DNA of 64,000 nucleotides from Escherichia coli (GTDB lineage Bacteria; Pseudomonadota; Gammaproteobacteria; Enterobacterales; Enterobacteriaceae): NCBI RefSeq assembly GCF_030013205.1, contig NZ_CP122648.1; one strand, 5' to 3'. Shown piece by piece: positions 63,254 to 64,000 of this stretch (position 1 is its first letter; each line of letters starts with the position of its first letter). The notes under the pieces were generated by a model. It saw only the letters and a program-made list of their open reading frames with translations, ran no database searches and was not told where the DNA came from. The position numbers and the translations under genes were made by a program.

Positions 63254-64000
63254 ATGTCGATTAAGAAGCTCGAAGATGGTCGTTATTTGCTGGACATCAG
63301 GCCGAACGGACGCAAGGGAAAGCGCGTGCGTAAGGTATTTGACAAAAAATCGGTAGCGGTGGCCACTGAACGCTACATCATGGCGAACGCTGAAAAGCGG
63401 GAATATATACAGGGCTACCGTGATCGTCGAACGCTAAATGATTTGCTTGAGTTGTGGTGGATGTATCACGGCCAGCACAGGCGTAAGGCGGAAGAAGACC
63501 GAAAACAACTGCGCAACATAATCAATGAGCTTGGCGCTGATATGCAGGCTGTGGATCTTGATAAGCTGAAAATTATCGCGTGGCGTTCTCAAAAGATAGC
63601 TGATGGATTGAAACCGTCATCTGCTAACAGGTACATGAATCGGTTATCCGGAATGTTTACCGTGCTGAAAAAAATAGGTCTTTGGGATGCAGAACATCCA
63701 GTAAGGGGAATTTCTATTCTTTATGTATCTCCACGAGAAATGGCGTTCCTGTCACAGAAGGAAGTGGCGCTATTGCTCGATACACTGGAGGGCGACTACT
63801 GGCGTGTTGCGCTTTTGTGTTTAAGCACAGGGGCGCGCTGGAGTGAAGCTTGTAAGCTTCGTGGTGAACAGATAGTTCATAACCGTGTAACGTTTCTTGA
63901 AACCAAAAATGGCCGGAAGAGAACAGTGCCAATTTCGCAGGCAGTTTGTGAGGCGATCAAAACCAGAGAAACAGGCGGCTTGTTTGAGGTGAAGTACCGG
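63254..64000 (+). CDS. int: P2-type phage integrase, 5' portion (continues beyond window)
   Basis: hand translation MSIKKLEDGRYLLDIRPNGRKGKRVRKVFDKK...LCLSTGARWSEA...; homologous to ORF 629..1630 and P2 Int. Confidence 0.85.
   Translation, partial: MSIKKLEDGRYLLDIRPNGRKGKRVRKVFDKKSVAVATERYIMANAEKREYIQGYRDRRTLNDLLELWWMYHGQHRRKAEEDRKQLRNIINELGADMQAVDLDKLKIIAWRSQKIADGLKPSSANRYMNRLSGMFTVLKKIGLWDAEHPVRGISILYVSPREMAFLSQKEVALLLDTLEGDYWRVALLCLSTGARWSEACKLRGEQIVHNRVTFLETKNGRKRTVPISQAVCEAIKTRETGGLFEVKYR

Larger units (their letters stand above)
39096..64000. mobile_element. defective, rearranged P2-like prophage (ogr to int); internal deletion and inversion; int and far att beyond window end; left boundary uncertain
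   Basis: P2 homologues in prophage order ogr, D, FI, FII, E, T, U, G, H', N', O, P, Q, A, cox, C, int. Confidence 0.85.

Overview
This window looks like an Escherichia coli chromosomal segment with a conserved core (about 8.6-37.2 kb) flanked by two mobile regions. The core matches the K-12 argW-to-flk interval in reverse orientation (argW, yfdC, mlaA, yfdF, fadL, yfcZ, fadIJ, sixA, yfc fimbrial operon, smrB, prmB, aroC, mepA, yfcA, epmC, yfcL, mnmC, fabB, yfcJ, flk). Left of argW (1-8.6 kb) is a P4/CP4-57-like integrative island: P4-type integrase next to the tRNA 3' end, AlpA, an operon of small overlapping ORFs, a primase-helicase coupled to a second P2-type integrase, and an iteron array. 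Right of flk (37.2-64 kb) is an AT-rich cargo islet (secreted Cys-repeat protein, zinc-ribbon membrane protein, unannotated Hok-family toxin ORF) followed by a defective, rearranged P2-like prophage running ogr to int, with int continuing past the window end. The prophage has lost its head, lysis and baseplate genes through a capsid-N/tail-fibre-H fusion, its FI-FII-E-T-U tail block is inverted relative to D, and it carries several accessory genes. The best candidates for an undescribed system are a 340-aa AT-rich orphan gene between ogr and D, and a ParM/ParR-like cassette with a small zinc-finger-like ORF and a structured RNA candidate at the cos-to-A position where P2 carries tin/old. A three-block noncoding element is shared between the left island and the prophage, upstream of the replication genes in both. 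All calls come from reading the sequence and remembered protein families; no database search was run. Coordinates follow the ORF track; features I derived by hand may be off by 1-2 nt. The track labels ORF 7199..8503 as '+', but the sequence shows it is on the minus strand.
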